DNA from: Octopus vulgaris | Lineage: Eukaryota | Direction of reading: 5' to 3' | Assembly (NCBI GenBank): GCA_951406725.2 | Contig: CATOCA020000048.1 | Location: 1 to 17,600, forward strand | Length of the DNA stretch: 17,600 bases | Shown here: piece by piece, positions 1 through 10,190 of the stretch | Position numbering within the stretch: the first letter of the stretch is position 1 | How the letters are laid out: every line of letters begins with the position of its first letter | Position numbers and translations under genes: made by a program | Notes under the pieces: generated by a model | What the model saw: only the letters and a program-made list of their open reading frames with translations | What the model was told of the DNA's origin: nothing | Database searches by the model: none

Positions 1-788
1 ATATATGAGTGCGTACATATGTGTACGTATCTACGTGCGTGCATGCACGTATGAGAAAGCATGTGTGTGGTGAATTTTTGAGAGCTTGGTTAGAGGGAAA
101 GAAAAGAGAAAAGGAAAGAAAGAGGGAAAAAGAAAGAAAGAAGAAAGAGTCGTAAACGCCATCGACGACTACTCGGTAGATTGGATCACGTTAATGGATC
201 ACGTTATCAATCTCAGTAGCTCCAAAAGAAATCCTTTGGAAGCATGACTTACAAAAGAAAATACAGGAGGATCAGTTAATTATGATTCTATTCAACATAT
301 TCCCCTCTCAGATTCACACACTTATTGCAGCAGTCTTCAGTTTTTCTAAGCCCTGTAAAAGAAGTCGGAAGGTTGAGTCATTTTTCAGCAATATTCTCAC
401 CTGAGGAAAGAATATTTGATTCCGCTTTACTTTCAATAATTGTCACTCGCATACATATCGGTTCTAACTTTCCTTTCCCATTTGAATAAACACATTCTTG
501 GAGCTTATCATCTTGCTCCACAATGTACATAAGTTATAGACATTATTCCAATGAAGACAGCTGGATTAAATTAATTATGTATGTTTTTGTTATATTCAAA
601 TGCTGTTCCTTTTTAACTTGTCACATTTCCTTTGATACTTCTGATTTCTATTCCTGCCAATTTAAGATTCGCCTGATTTAACTTTCATTTTGTTTTATTT
701 TGTTACTTATTTTTATCAATTGACATTGACATATATTTTGGTATTCAGATTTTTATATCAAGCCATTTTATTCTTTTGTTATTTATTT
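1..788. repeat. Left arm of a large inverted duplication (partner 1372-2187); may extend beyond the window start
   Basis: 1-788 is the reverse complement of ~1372-2187 (atatatgagtgcgtacatatg at 1 vs catatgtacgcactcatatat ending 2187; FYFVTYFYQLTLTYILVFRFLYQAI appears in ORFs 690+ and 1588-). Small indels separate the arms. Confidence 0.95.
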
Positions 789-799
789 ATTTTTCTGGT

Positions 800-840
800 C
801 TCTTTGCCAACCCCAAAGTTACGGGGCTATGTAAACACAC
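800..840 (-). mobile_element. Short SINE fragment
   Basis: Reverse complement gtgtgtttacatagccccgtaactttggggttggcaaagaga resembles gtgtgtttacgtccccgtaacttagcggttcggcaaaagag at 8718-8758. Confidence 0.55.
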
Positions 841-1033
841 TTATAATTTTTCCTGAATATGTAAATATATTTATATAATTTTTCCTGAATAGGTTTTATC
901 TTAAACTCCTTAAACAATCAAATAAAAATTAGGGTTTGAATAAATTGTAAAAAGGTTACGGAGATGTACCTGACTGACAAGTGCTTTGATCTGAGATCCT
1001 GTGTTGAAAATTAAAACGATTGCAGGATGGAAA

Positions 1034-1110
1034 ACTTAAGTCTGCGACCAGGTCACTGACAAAATTTGATGCGGCACAAATTTTGTCGGTTATTCGGTCG
1101 CAGTTTGAGT
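1034..1110 (+). other. Long imperfect hairpin
   Basis: ACTTAAG/TTTGAGT, CTGCGACC/GGTCGCAG and ACTGACAAAATTTG/CAAATTTTGTCGGT pair around a short loop; the non-Watson-Crick positions in these stems are G-U compatible on the + strand. Confidence 0.75.
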
Positions 1111-1139
1111 GACGAAAATTTTGACACTGTGTTACAAAC

Positions 1140-1209
1140 GGTAAATGTTTAGGTGAAGTTAACGATCTTTGTATGAAGCTCGTAACTGAAACGTTTGTTC
1201 TTTGTTTAC
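1140..1209 (+). ncRNA. Probable degenerate (core-deleted) type I hammerhead ribozyme
   Basis: ggtaaatgtttag-GTGA-AGTTA...TAACT-GAAAC-gttt-GTT-ctttgtttac. Stem II, GAAAC and a stem I are present, but the CUGAUGA box is reduced to GTGA. The 5' side resembles the intact hammerhead at 12661-12638 (ggtatatgtttgg-CTGATGA-agat). Confidence 0.4.
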
Positions 1210-1371
1210 TTCCCTTTATTATTATTATAATAAAATGTTTGTCACGGTGGTTTAAAATTTTAGTTTTATTTTGGGACCTTGGAGAGAATATTATTCATGC
1301 CGTTCTCCTACAAGGCTCGAACGATAAAAAACTTCCAGATTTCTAAATCAGATCATTTGAAAAAAGCTGTC

Positions 1372-2181
1372 AATAAATGGCAAAAAGAATGCAAATGGCT
1401 TGATATAAAAATCTGAATACCAAAATATATGTCAATGTCAATTGATAAAAATAAGTAACAAAATAAAACAAAATGAAAGTTAAATCAGGCAGAATCGTTT
1501 TAAAAATTGGCAGGAATAGAAATCCAGAAGTATCAAAGGAAATGTGACAAGTTAAAGAAGGAACAGCATTTGAATATAACAAAAACATACATAATTAATT
1601 TAATCCAGCTGTCTTCATTGGAATAATGTCTATAACTTATGTACATTGTGGAGCAAGATGATAAAAGAAGCTCCAAGAATGTGTTTATTCAAATGGGAAA
1701 GGAAAGTTAGAACCGATATGTATGCCTTGAGTGACAATTATTGAAAGTAAAGCGGAATCAAATATTCTTTCCTCAGGTGAGAATATATGAGGGGGTGCTG
1801 AAAAATGAGGCTCAACCTTCCGACTTCTTTTACAGGGCTTAGAAAAACTGAAGACTGCTGCAATAAGTGTGTGAATCTGAGAGGGAATATGTTGAATAGA
1901 ATCATAATTAACTGATCCTCCTGTATTTTCTTTTGTAAGTCATGCTTCCAAAGGATTTCTTTTGGAGCTACTGAGATTGATAACGTGATCCATTAACGTG
2001 ATCCAATCTACCGAGTAGTCGTCGATGGCGTTTACGACTCTTTCTTCTTTCTTTCTTCTTTTCCCTCTTTCTTTCCTTTTCTCTTTCTTTCCCTCTAACC
2101 AAGCTCTCAAAAATTCACCACACACATGCTTTCTCATACGTGCATGCACGCACGTAGATACGTACACATATGTACGCACTC

Positions 2182-2187
<6 letters not shown>
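1372..2187. repeat. Right arm of the large inverted duplication
   Basis: Reverse complement of 1-788; retains short segments missing from the left arm (e.g. tatgagggggtgctg at 1786-1800). Confidence 0.95.
1786..1935 (+). mobile_element. Non-autonomous mariner-derived remnant (TIR-like start plus transposase C-terminal codons); inverted copy at ~253-390
   Basis: Begins TA-TGAGGGGGTGCTGAAAA, resembling mariner TA-CGAGGG termini. 1829-1900 reads, with two frameshifts, LQGLEKLK-CCNKCVNLR-EYVE*, matching the mariner transposase C-terminal pattern GIxKLxxRWxKCxxxxGxYxE. Confidence 0.7.
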
Positions 2188-2212
<25 letters not shown>

Positions 2213-2333
2213 TTTTTTCATTAGTTAATAAATCTTAGGGTAGCAAAAAAATTTAGAAAAATTCTTTCTTTGCTACAAGTGGTCTAGCGACAAGAAAAAA
2301 AAATAGTCAATAGATAATATATTATTCATATAA

Positions 2334-2555
2334 AAATACAGTGTACATTTAAACACATAAGAGACGGCCTTAACAGAACATCTGACTCGCTAGAAAGAGT
2401 AGTTAAACTACAAACCACTAATAGTTAAATTGTTTTTATTTTTCATTCCCTTTCAAAATTACAGCTATTAGTGGTTTGTAGTTTAACTACTCTGTCTAGC
2501 GAGTCAGATGTCCTGTTAAGACCATCTCTTATGTGTTTAAATGTACACTGTATTT
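2334..2555. repeat. Fold-back: 91-bp inverted repeat (2334-2424 / 2465-2555) with a 40-bp spacer
   Basis: aaatacagtgtacattt...caaaccactaatag vs ctattagtggtttg...aaatgtacactgtattt, with few mismatches. Confidence 0.92.
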
Positions 2556-2594
2556 ATCTATATCTATCTGTCTATCTATCTATCTATCTATCTA

Positions 2595-2677
<83 letters not shown>
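2554..2677. repeat. Compound microsatellite (TATC)n(TA)n(CA)n
   Basis: Directly visible. Confidence 0.97.
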
Positions 2678-2679
<2 letters not shown>

Positions 2680-2836
2680 ATGTAGATAACAAAAGAATAT
2701 TCGCTTCTAGATTTATATGAGGTTCGAAAACGAACGAGATGAAAACGCTAATAAATAATTTTCCAAAATTTTCCTTTTCCTTAATATATAAAATCTGTAC
2801 AGCATTTCAAGCAATTTATACATAAGTGTATATATT

Positions 2837-2837
<1 letters not shown>

Positions 2838-2895
<58 letters not shown>

Positions 2896-2905
2896 CAGAC
2901 AGAGA
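2838..2905. repeat. (TG)n(GA)n microsatellite
   Basis: Directly visible. Confidence 0.97.
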
Positions 2906-3421
2906 ATTCACAATATTAATTAATATATGCATTATATGTGTGTGTCTATTTGTGTCTTGCATTACTTTTCCAATTTTTCACTGACATTCCTATTAATTTT
3001 GCGAAGCATACTTTAATTAACATTACAAGAGTGTATTAGCAGGTTTAATTCTTCATCGTAACACGTGATATGAGCTGCAATTATGGAACGAATGTAATTT
3101 TCAGTAAAATAAATCGAAGATGTCATCAGTAAGAAGGTGGCATGGAGTGTGAGGTGTGAAGTGGGACATGAAAGATTAAATGAATAGATTGGAAAAGCGA
3201 GGTTAATGTGACAGAACGGAGTGGAAATATTTATTTTAGTTTAGTTTACTTGAAATAAGGTAAAAAAAAAAAAAGGGGGTGGGAGGAATTGAAAGAGAAA
3301 AGATGTAGAAGAGAAAATCGAAATAACTGTTGTCATGTTATAGAGAGTGTGAGAGGGGTGAGAGATAACACAAATAGGCAATACATGGGTATATGTTGTA
3401 TATGTAAATGTATGTATATGT

Positions 3422-3469
3422 CGGTGCTCCAGTATGGCTGCAGTCAAATGAGTGAAACAAGTAAAAGAA
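3422..3469 (+). mobile_element. SINE 3' tail fragment
   Basis: cggtgctccagtatggctgcagtcaaatgagtgaaacaagtaaaaga matches cggtgctccagcatggccagtcaaatgactgaaagaagtaaaaga at 8823-8867. Confidence 0.75.
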
Positions 3470-3493
3470 CATGAAAGAATATGTAATAATATG

Positions 3494-3603
3494 TATATAT
3501 ATATATATATATATATAGATATAGATATATATAGATATATATATAGATATATATATATAGATATATATAGATATATAAATAGATATATATATATAGATAT
3601 ATA

Positions 3604-3656
<53 letters not shown>

Positions 3657-3711
3657 TGTATGTATGTGTGTAAATATGTATATATGTATGTATATATGTA
3701 TGTGTATATTC

Positions 3712-3740
<29 letters not shown>
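3494..3740. repeat. (TA)n with GA interruptions followed by (TATG)n
   Basis: Directly visible. Confidence 0.95.
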
Positions 3741-3743
<3 letters not shown>

Positions 3744-3929
3744 GTGCATAAGGGTTGCATGGGGAATTTTTTTTTTTAAATCTACTATATTCATTTTAAA
3801 TGACAGCAGTTAGTGTTGATTCTCATTCCAATGAATGGCGAGTGAAATCAACATAACAACAATTAAAAAAGTGCTAGGTAAATGGGCGATGTAATTGCGG
3901 CATACAGCCGCGCATGCGCAGAATTTGAC

Positions 3930-4408
3930 TCACATACACACACACCTACGCACACACATACATATGCACTTGCGTACATACATTCATACATAATTTCACA
4001 TTATGTAATCAGGTATGGATTTATGCATATGTACGCCTGCACGCACGCACATACTTACACACATAGATACATACATACATACACACACACACACATACAT
4101 ACATACATACATACATACATACATACATACATACATACATACACACACATATATCTTTGCATACATTCTTACATACATATATACATACATAATGGCATGC
4201 ATGAAAATACGCATATATACTTGCACATACGTTCGTGCGCATATACATTGCATATTTCAGCTGCGCATAAAGCTTACAAACTCACGCACCTATGGGCACA
4301 TTACAATTTCTCAATTTCAGATATCTTGAAGCATTTGTGCATGGATTTATCAAGGAAATTAACATGTTATACATACATACATACATACATACATACATAC
4401 ATACATAC
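3930..4408. repeat. Degenerate (CA)n/(TACA)n low-complexity region
   Basis: Pure TACA runs at ~4095-4142 and ~4368-4408 with degenerate CA/TA/GC repeats between them. Confidence 0.9.
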
Positions 4409-4487
4409 CTGGTGTCTGTCAGCGTGTTGACGAGTATGGCTTTCACTGACATTTTCTAGATGTTAAAGACAATGGCTATCAGCAACG

Positions 4488-4492
<5 letters not shown>

Positions 4493-4546
<54 letters not shown>
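4493..4546. repeat. (CA)n microsatellite
   Basis: Directly visible. Confidence 0.97.
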
Positions 4547-4548
<2 letters not shown>

Positions 4549-5348
4549 CCAAGGCTATGTATTTGCAATTCAAGAGCAGGGATTGCTACGAAATATCTAC
4601 TAAACAAAGGAGACACTGAAGCCCTTGGATCCCCAAGGAGCAATCGAATATGAAGATTATGCCATATTTCTGTGGAAAATATCACAAATGCGATTAGAAG
4701 CTGCCCAAAATTGCCATCCAAGTACTACCTCCCATGCGACACGACGTTTTCGCTAAAGCAAAATACAATGCCTTTCGGAAAAAAGACTGTCCTGGAATAA
4801 ATACAAAGAATCCATTCCCCTGTAATTGCTAACTTACTTAAGCGTCTATATAAGGAATATTAGTGGAACATTTCAATCAAAACTTCTGAAAGCATAACAG
4901 ACTCGATGTTGTTGTTTGGGGAAGACAAGAAAAAGTATTTAACGTCATAGAGGTTAGTTGCCCAGCTAATGTGAATGTCTCTTTGAAAATGAAAGTGAAA
5001 GAAGATAACTATGGACAACTACTTCGAATCTTTTAGCTTGTTTCGAATATCACGATTGCAAATTCACATTTATACCAATAATGATTGGTGCACTTGGTTT
5101 TCTGAGTAAATGCAGAAGTTACAGTCTGGGTAAGCTGGGGTTTTTTTGAGACAAAGAAATCATCTGGTTAATGCTTACAAGATAAGTGTAATCTCTGTGT
5201 GGAACAGTAATAATATGCGAGACTTCTTCAAATTTAAAATGTGAATTAGTTTTTGTTATCTACATTCCAACGACAGGGCTTAGTGTTACTGTTAGAAACC
5301 AGCTCTTTCCTCAGAGGGAGATTTCAAATAATTAGAAAAAGACTTGAA
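4544..5348 (+). mobile_element. 5'-truncated, degenerate non-LTR retrotransposon 3' end with zinc knuckle and restriction-like endonuclease (R4/Dong-like), including 3' UTR
   Basis: Reading across frameshifts gives HFQGYVFAIQEQ..ATKYL, RLCH..ENITNAIRSCPKLPSKYYLPMRHDV, HNRLDVVVW, IEVSCPANVNVSLKMKVKEDNYGQLLR and FTFIPIMIGALG; stop at ~5242-5244; ends directly in (TACA)n. Homologous to the 5896-6447 ORF. Confidence 0.85.
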
Positions 5349-5403
5349 CATACATACATATAAACATACATACATACATACATACATACATACATACATA
5401 CAT
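5349..5403. repeat. (TACA)n microsatellite
   Basis: Directly visible. Confidence 0.97.
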
Positions 5404-5730
5404 GAGAGCACTCCGTCGGTTGCGACGACGAGGGTCCCAGCTGATACGATCAACGGAACAGCCCGTTCGTGAAATTAACGTGCAAGTGGCTGAGTACTCC
5501 ACAGACACGTACACCCTTAACGTAGTTCTCGGAGAGATTCCGCGTGACACAGAGTGTGACAAGGCTGGCCCTTTGAAATACAGGCATTCCTCATTTTTGC
5601 CAGCTGAGTGGACTGGAGCAACCTGAAATACAGTGTCTTGCTCAAAGACACAACGCGCCGCCGGGAATTGAACTCACGACCTTACGATCATGAGCCGAAT
5701 GCCTCTAACCACTAAGCCACACGCCTTCAC
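5404..5730 (-). mobile_element. Full-length tRNA-derived SINE with a CORE-like central segment
   Basis: Minus strand starts gtgaaggcgtgTGGCTTAGTGGttagagg (A box), then GAGTTCAATTCCC (B box), then gtgtctttgagcaagacact...ccagtccactcagctg. The 3' half is shared with 8952-9120; flanked by TACA/TA repeats. Confidence 0.88.
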
Positions 5731-5766
5731 ATATATATATACATACATACACAAATACATACATAC

Positions 5767-6447
5767 AAGCTTTGTGATAATAGTAACATCGATCATCAAA
5801 ACAGTTTAACATGGATCAATAGCAAGATTACTACCTCCCACTTTGAAGGGTATACGTTTGCAATACAAGAACAGGAAATATCAACCAAGTACCTGATGCA
5901 CAAAAGGGATAGAGATGCAGGAAAAGCCGTAAAATGTGCCAACCGAAGCAGACTTTGTGGCCTTCACACTGACGAGATCACCCACATCATAAGCAGTTCT
6001 CCGAAAATGTTATCACTGTTATATCTACCGATGAGACATGATGTAGCTAGGACACTCTATAATGAAATCCGTCGGAAGGATAATCCCGAGGACAAAGAAA
6101 TAAGAACCTACAATATGGTAGAAGCCATAGCCACTCATAATAAAAAGGAATATTGGAGGAATGTACCAGTGAAGACCTCAATAAAATGTAAGCTCAATAG
6201 ACCTGATATAATGACTTCGAATAGAGAAAACAAAATGTGCACATTTGTGGAAATTAGCTGCCCAGCGGATGTTAACATAAAGTTGAAGATCAGTGAAAAA
6301 GAAAACACCTATACTGAACTATTGAGAAATCTGCAGTTACTCCATCCAGATTATAAGTTCAGGTTTATACCTGTAATTATTGGGTCCCTGGGATATGTAA
6401 CACACTGTCTAAATACCAATTTTGAAAAATTACATTACAAGCCATAA
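5767..6447 (+). mobile_element. Second RLE-type (R4/Dong-like) non-LTR retrotransposon fragment, truncated at both ends
   Basis: ORF 5896-6447 plus upstream in-frame SHFEGYTFAIQEQEISTKYL; degenerate zinc knuckle (SRLC..THIISSS), RHD motif, RPD..E..K of the PD-(D/E)xK nuclease, and FIPVIIGSLG. Confidence 0.88.
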
Positions 6448-6529
6448 TTTAATTCAAATAAAAAATTACAAAAACTACAAAAAATGAAAATAAAAAATAA
6501 AAATACGAATAAAAATTAAAATTTACAAA

Positions 6530-6532
<3 letters not shown>

Positions 6533-6569
<37 letters not shown>

Positions 6570-6582
6570 CCTATTCTTGTAC

Positions 6583-6653
<71 letters not shown>

Positions 6654-6725
6654 CTCTTTATCATAACGTATGTATACCTGTATGTATCTTAACGTATGTA
6701 TATCTGTATATATATATATATATAC
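6533..6725. repeat. Interrupted (TA)n microsatellite
   Basis: Directly visible. Confidence 0.93.
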
Positions 6726-7007
6726 ATATCTTTGAGTGTATGTATATATCCATATAAAGTTTTATGCATATTAGTCTAGACACAATATCCTTATCAAAAT
6801 TAGCCGAAACCCTCTCGGAGGACTGTATGTGTGTTAGTTTATTTGAAAATTCGCGAATGACATATAGAAAGAAACGGATATTAAAATTATTAAAATGGTG
6901 GATGTGTTTATAAACGAAATTGCCGATTGCTCGACAAAATTTTGCGCATCACAAAATATATAAATTCCTCTTCATAAACATCCTCGTAATAATTATTAGC
7001 AACAATA

Positions 7008-7019
7008 TCGTCGTCGTCG

Positions 7020-7067
<48 letters not shown>

Positions 7068-7086
7068 ACAACATCGTCGTCGTCAT
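7008..7086. repeat. (CGT)n(CAT)n trinucleotide microsatellite
   Basis: Directly visible. Confidence 0.95.
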
Positions 7087-7142
7087 TTATCATCGCAATA
7101 GCTATGATGATCATATGATTATATGCAACAACAGCAGCAACA

Positions 7143-7315
7143 GTGGAGGTGCAATGGCCCAATGGTTAGGGCAGCGGACTCGCGGTCGTAAGAACGCGGT
7201 TTCGATTCCTAGACAGGGCATTGCGAGTGTTTATTGAGCAGGCTCCGGCGGGGAGGGGTGGTGAACCCCGTTGTACGCCTTCACCACAACTTTCTCTCAC
7301 TCTTTCTTCCTACTT
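7143..7315 (+). mobile_element. 5' part of a tRNA-derived SINE
   Basis: A box TGGCCCAATGG and B box GGTTTCGATTCC; near-identical copy at 8375-8547; the end overlaps the minus-strand SINE part at 9135-9184. Confidence 0.85.
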
Positions 7316-7495
7316 CTACCACAAAGCAGAGGAACCATGGTGTAATATGGTGTGGTGAACTTTCAGACCCTAGTCTAGATTGCGAATCCTCTGTACCCCA
7401 GGATGGTTCAGCTCTCCACCCGTCAAAAGCCACTGTTTACGGAATGAGGATAACAACATAGCATTCGCGCCCGTGCAACCGAAGGAGGAGGGGGA

Positions 7496-7770
7496 GAAGA
7501 AGAAGAAGAAGAAGAAGAAGAAGAAGAAGAAGAAGAGTAGAAGCTGTAGTAAAGTCATCACCTTCATCATCATAAAAACCACAATTATTTTCATCATCAT
7601 AATCACAATCGTCGCAGTAGTCATTGTCAAGTTTACACCCTCATCAACGTCGCCATCATCTTCTTTATCATCTTCATAATCATCAGTTTAAGCATCATCA
7701 TCGTCGTCGTCGTTATCGTTTTCGTTATCATTGTCAACGTCATCGTCTTCATCATCATCATCATCACTGT
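7496..7770. repeat. (GAA)n followed by degenerate (CAT/CGT)n
   Basis: Directly visible. Confidence 0.9.
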
Positions 7771-8306
7771 TTTCATCTGTAGATGAAAGTACTAATGGCG
7801 TAATTCATACCCAGCTCTCAATTGTTGTCATGTATATAACAAAATGAATGCAAAAATATAGTAAATCTTTGGAGGATATTTTGCGATGTAAATAATATTA
7901 AGAGCGTATTGAGGCTGGTTGATGTAATAGAATAATGTCTTATACGACTTCAATGTTGCTAAACTTACATTAGCCAAACGTTCTATGAAGCAGCTGTTAT
8001 GGTGAGTGAAACGGGGTACAAACAAAATTGAAGGCAAAAGTATCTAAATGCAATGATTTCATTCATTGTTATGCGCATAAATTTAACTTTGTTTTTAGTA
8101 GAAGTACTGAGAAAGTCAATAGAGTTAAATTATTTTATGCGTTGGCACAGATTAAATAAATTTATATCCTCGAGTATAAAGCAGAAACGTGTCTTTAGAG
8201 ATTTTGCTATCAGTATTTCTTCACTGTGTAACACAAGAGGGCGCTACAGATCTGGAATTGTGTCACTCGTTAGAGTGGTGTGAAAACTTGAAAGTGCATT
8301 TCAAAA

Positions 8307-8870
8307 TGTGGCTGTGTGGTATATAGCTTGCTTACCAACCACATGATTCCGGGTTCAGTCCAACAGCAGCAACCGTGGAGGTGTAATGGCCTAATGGTTA
8401 GGGCAGCGAACTCGCGGTTGTAAGAACGCGGTTTCGATTCCTAGACCGGGCATTGTGAGTGTTTATTGAGCAGGCTCCGGCGGGGAGGGGCGGTGAACCC
8501 CACTGTATGCCTTCACCACAACTTTCTCTCACTCTTTCTTCCTACTTGGGCAAGTGTTGTCTAATATAGCCTCGGGCCGGCCAAAGCCTTGTGAGCGGAT
8601 TTGGTAGGCGGAAACTGAAAGAAGCTCGTCGTATATATACATATATATGTATGTGTGTATAGGTTTGTGTGTCTGTGTTTGTCCCCCACCCCCAATATCG
8701 CTTGACAACCGATGCTGGTGTGTTTACGTCCCCGTAACTTAGCGGTTCGGCAAAAGAGTCCGATAGAATAAGTACTAGGCTTACAAAGAATAAGTCATGG
8801 GGTCGATTTGCTCGACTAAAGGCGGTGCTCCAGCATGGCCAGTCAAATGACTGAAAGAAGTAAAAGAGTA
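8307..8870 (+). mobile_element. tRNA-derived CORE-like SINE, interrupted by an insertion at 8361-8547
   Basis: A box TGGCTGTGTGG and B box GGTTCAGTCC; resumes at ttgggcaagtg (CORE-like), has an internal TA/TG repeat and the tail ...gtcaaatgactgaaagaagtaaaagag. Confidence 0.85.
8361..8547 (+). mobile_element. Nested copy of the 7129-7315 SINE fragment
   Basis: Colinear with 7129-7315 at offset 1232, about 11 substitutions counted by eye, same endpoints. Confidence 0.9.
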
Positions 8871-8951
8871 ATGAAATGAGTGACGAAGATACACCGTGTT
8901 AAACTAATAATCTTCGGCATACTTAACTTTATTTTCAAGTCTTTCATCGTG

Positions 8952-9184
8952 GTACTCCGTCGGTTACGACGACGAGGGTTCCATTTGATCCGATCAACGG
9001 AACAGTCTGCTCGTGAAATGAATGTGTAAGTGGCTGAGTACTCTACAGACACGTGTACCCTTAATGCAGTTATCGGGGAGATTCAGCGTGACACAGGGTG
9101 TAACAAGGCTTTGAAATACAAGTACAACAGAAACAGGAAGAAAGAGTGAGAGAAAGTTGTGGTGAAAGAGTACAGCAGGATTCG
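8952..9184 (-). mobile_element. 3' half of a tRNA-derived SINE
   Basis: 8954-9120 aligns with 5410-5582; 9135-9184 is the reverse complement of the ttcaccacaactttctctcactctttcttcct segment of the 7143/8375 copies. Confidence 0.87.
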
Positions 9185-9804
9185 TTTTTTGAACTCTTGA
9201 TTTTGAATTTCGAGTCATTTTCCCTTCACACTTTCACAGTAAATATAGAGAAATATAATATAGTGTCTCGTTGAAAATAATTATCTGGCCTTGACTGCCT
9301 GCCTGTTAGTCTGTCTTACAACAATTAGTCAAGTTTCAATCATTTATCAATTTGTTCAATAAATCAAAAGTTGTTCGTTATCGCTGAGTCAAATTAATGA
9401 CTTTTGATTCACTCCACTAATTAATTATCTAATGACCGGCATAAGCAAAATGGGATAGGTTGTCTTTGAAATTGACTAACAAGTTACGGTTGATATAATG
9501 CGAAAACGACGTTGTCAGAATCTGTTGATTTCGAGTGGAAAAACTCGGAAAATTGTGAATCTTCAGAGATGGAGAGAAAGGGGGAATAGGGAAGGGAGAA
9601 AGAGAGAGAGGCCCGGAGGGAGATAGAGTGGGGAAGGATGAGAAAGGGGCCAGGGGGAGACAGTGAGCTAAAGAGGGAGAGCAAATAATTGATGACAGAG
9701 TAAAATGAAATGTTGCTTCGTCGGAGGAATACATTAATGGGAGGATGAGTTGGTTGGGTTGATATTGGATATTTACATCATTTGGCCAATAGATATATAT
9801 TCAT

Positions 9805-9970
<166 letters not shown>

Positions 9971-10008
9971 TGACAGAATGAGATTTTAAAAAATCCAAGG
10001 CTGTACAG

Positions 10009-10062
10009 AGTTTTCAGAACATTTATAAAGAACACCTTTTCTTTATAAATGTTCTGAAAACT
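10009..10062. repeat. Perfect 24-bp inverted repeat with a 6-nt loop
   Basis: agttttcagaacatttataaagaa-cacctt-ttctttataaatgttctgaaaact. Confidence 0.95.
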
Positions 10063-10131
10063 ATTCATAACACTTACTTAGCGTTACCCGACACCTTTTG
10101 GGTCTTCTTGACACCAATACCTCTCATACTC

Positions 10132-10170
<39 letters not shown>

Positions 10171-10190
10171 ATGTATGTATATATATATAT

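Noticed and set aside
398-520. CTGAGGA followed by a pairing AAGAAT...ATTCTT stem (mirrored at ~1655-1780)
   Set aside because: The stem is followed by GGAGC rather than GAAA, and no stem I or cleavage triplet can be assigned.
842-891. Short direct repeat tataatttttcctgaata
   Set aside because: Small local duplication in AT-rich DNA with no further structure.
2677-2756. CTGATGT...CGAAAACG...AATAAA resembling a decayed Penelope end
   Set aside because: Core mismatch and no convincing helices.
3090-3135. Minus-strand CTGATGA...GAAA
   Set aside because: No stem II or stem III complementarity.
5655-5730. tRNA-like sequences here and at 7143, 8307 and 8375
   Set aside because: A/B boxes are present but run into SINE bodies without a proper acceptor stem; these are SINE heads, not tRNA genes.
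9560-9685. GA-rich tract and minus-strand ORF 9429-9734
   Set aside because: Low-complexity purine tract; the Pro/Ser/Leu/Phe-rich translation reflects composition only.
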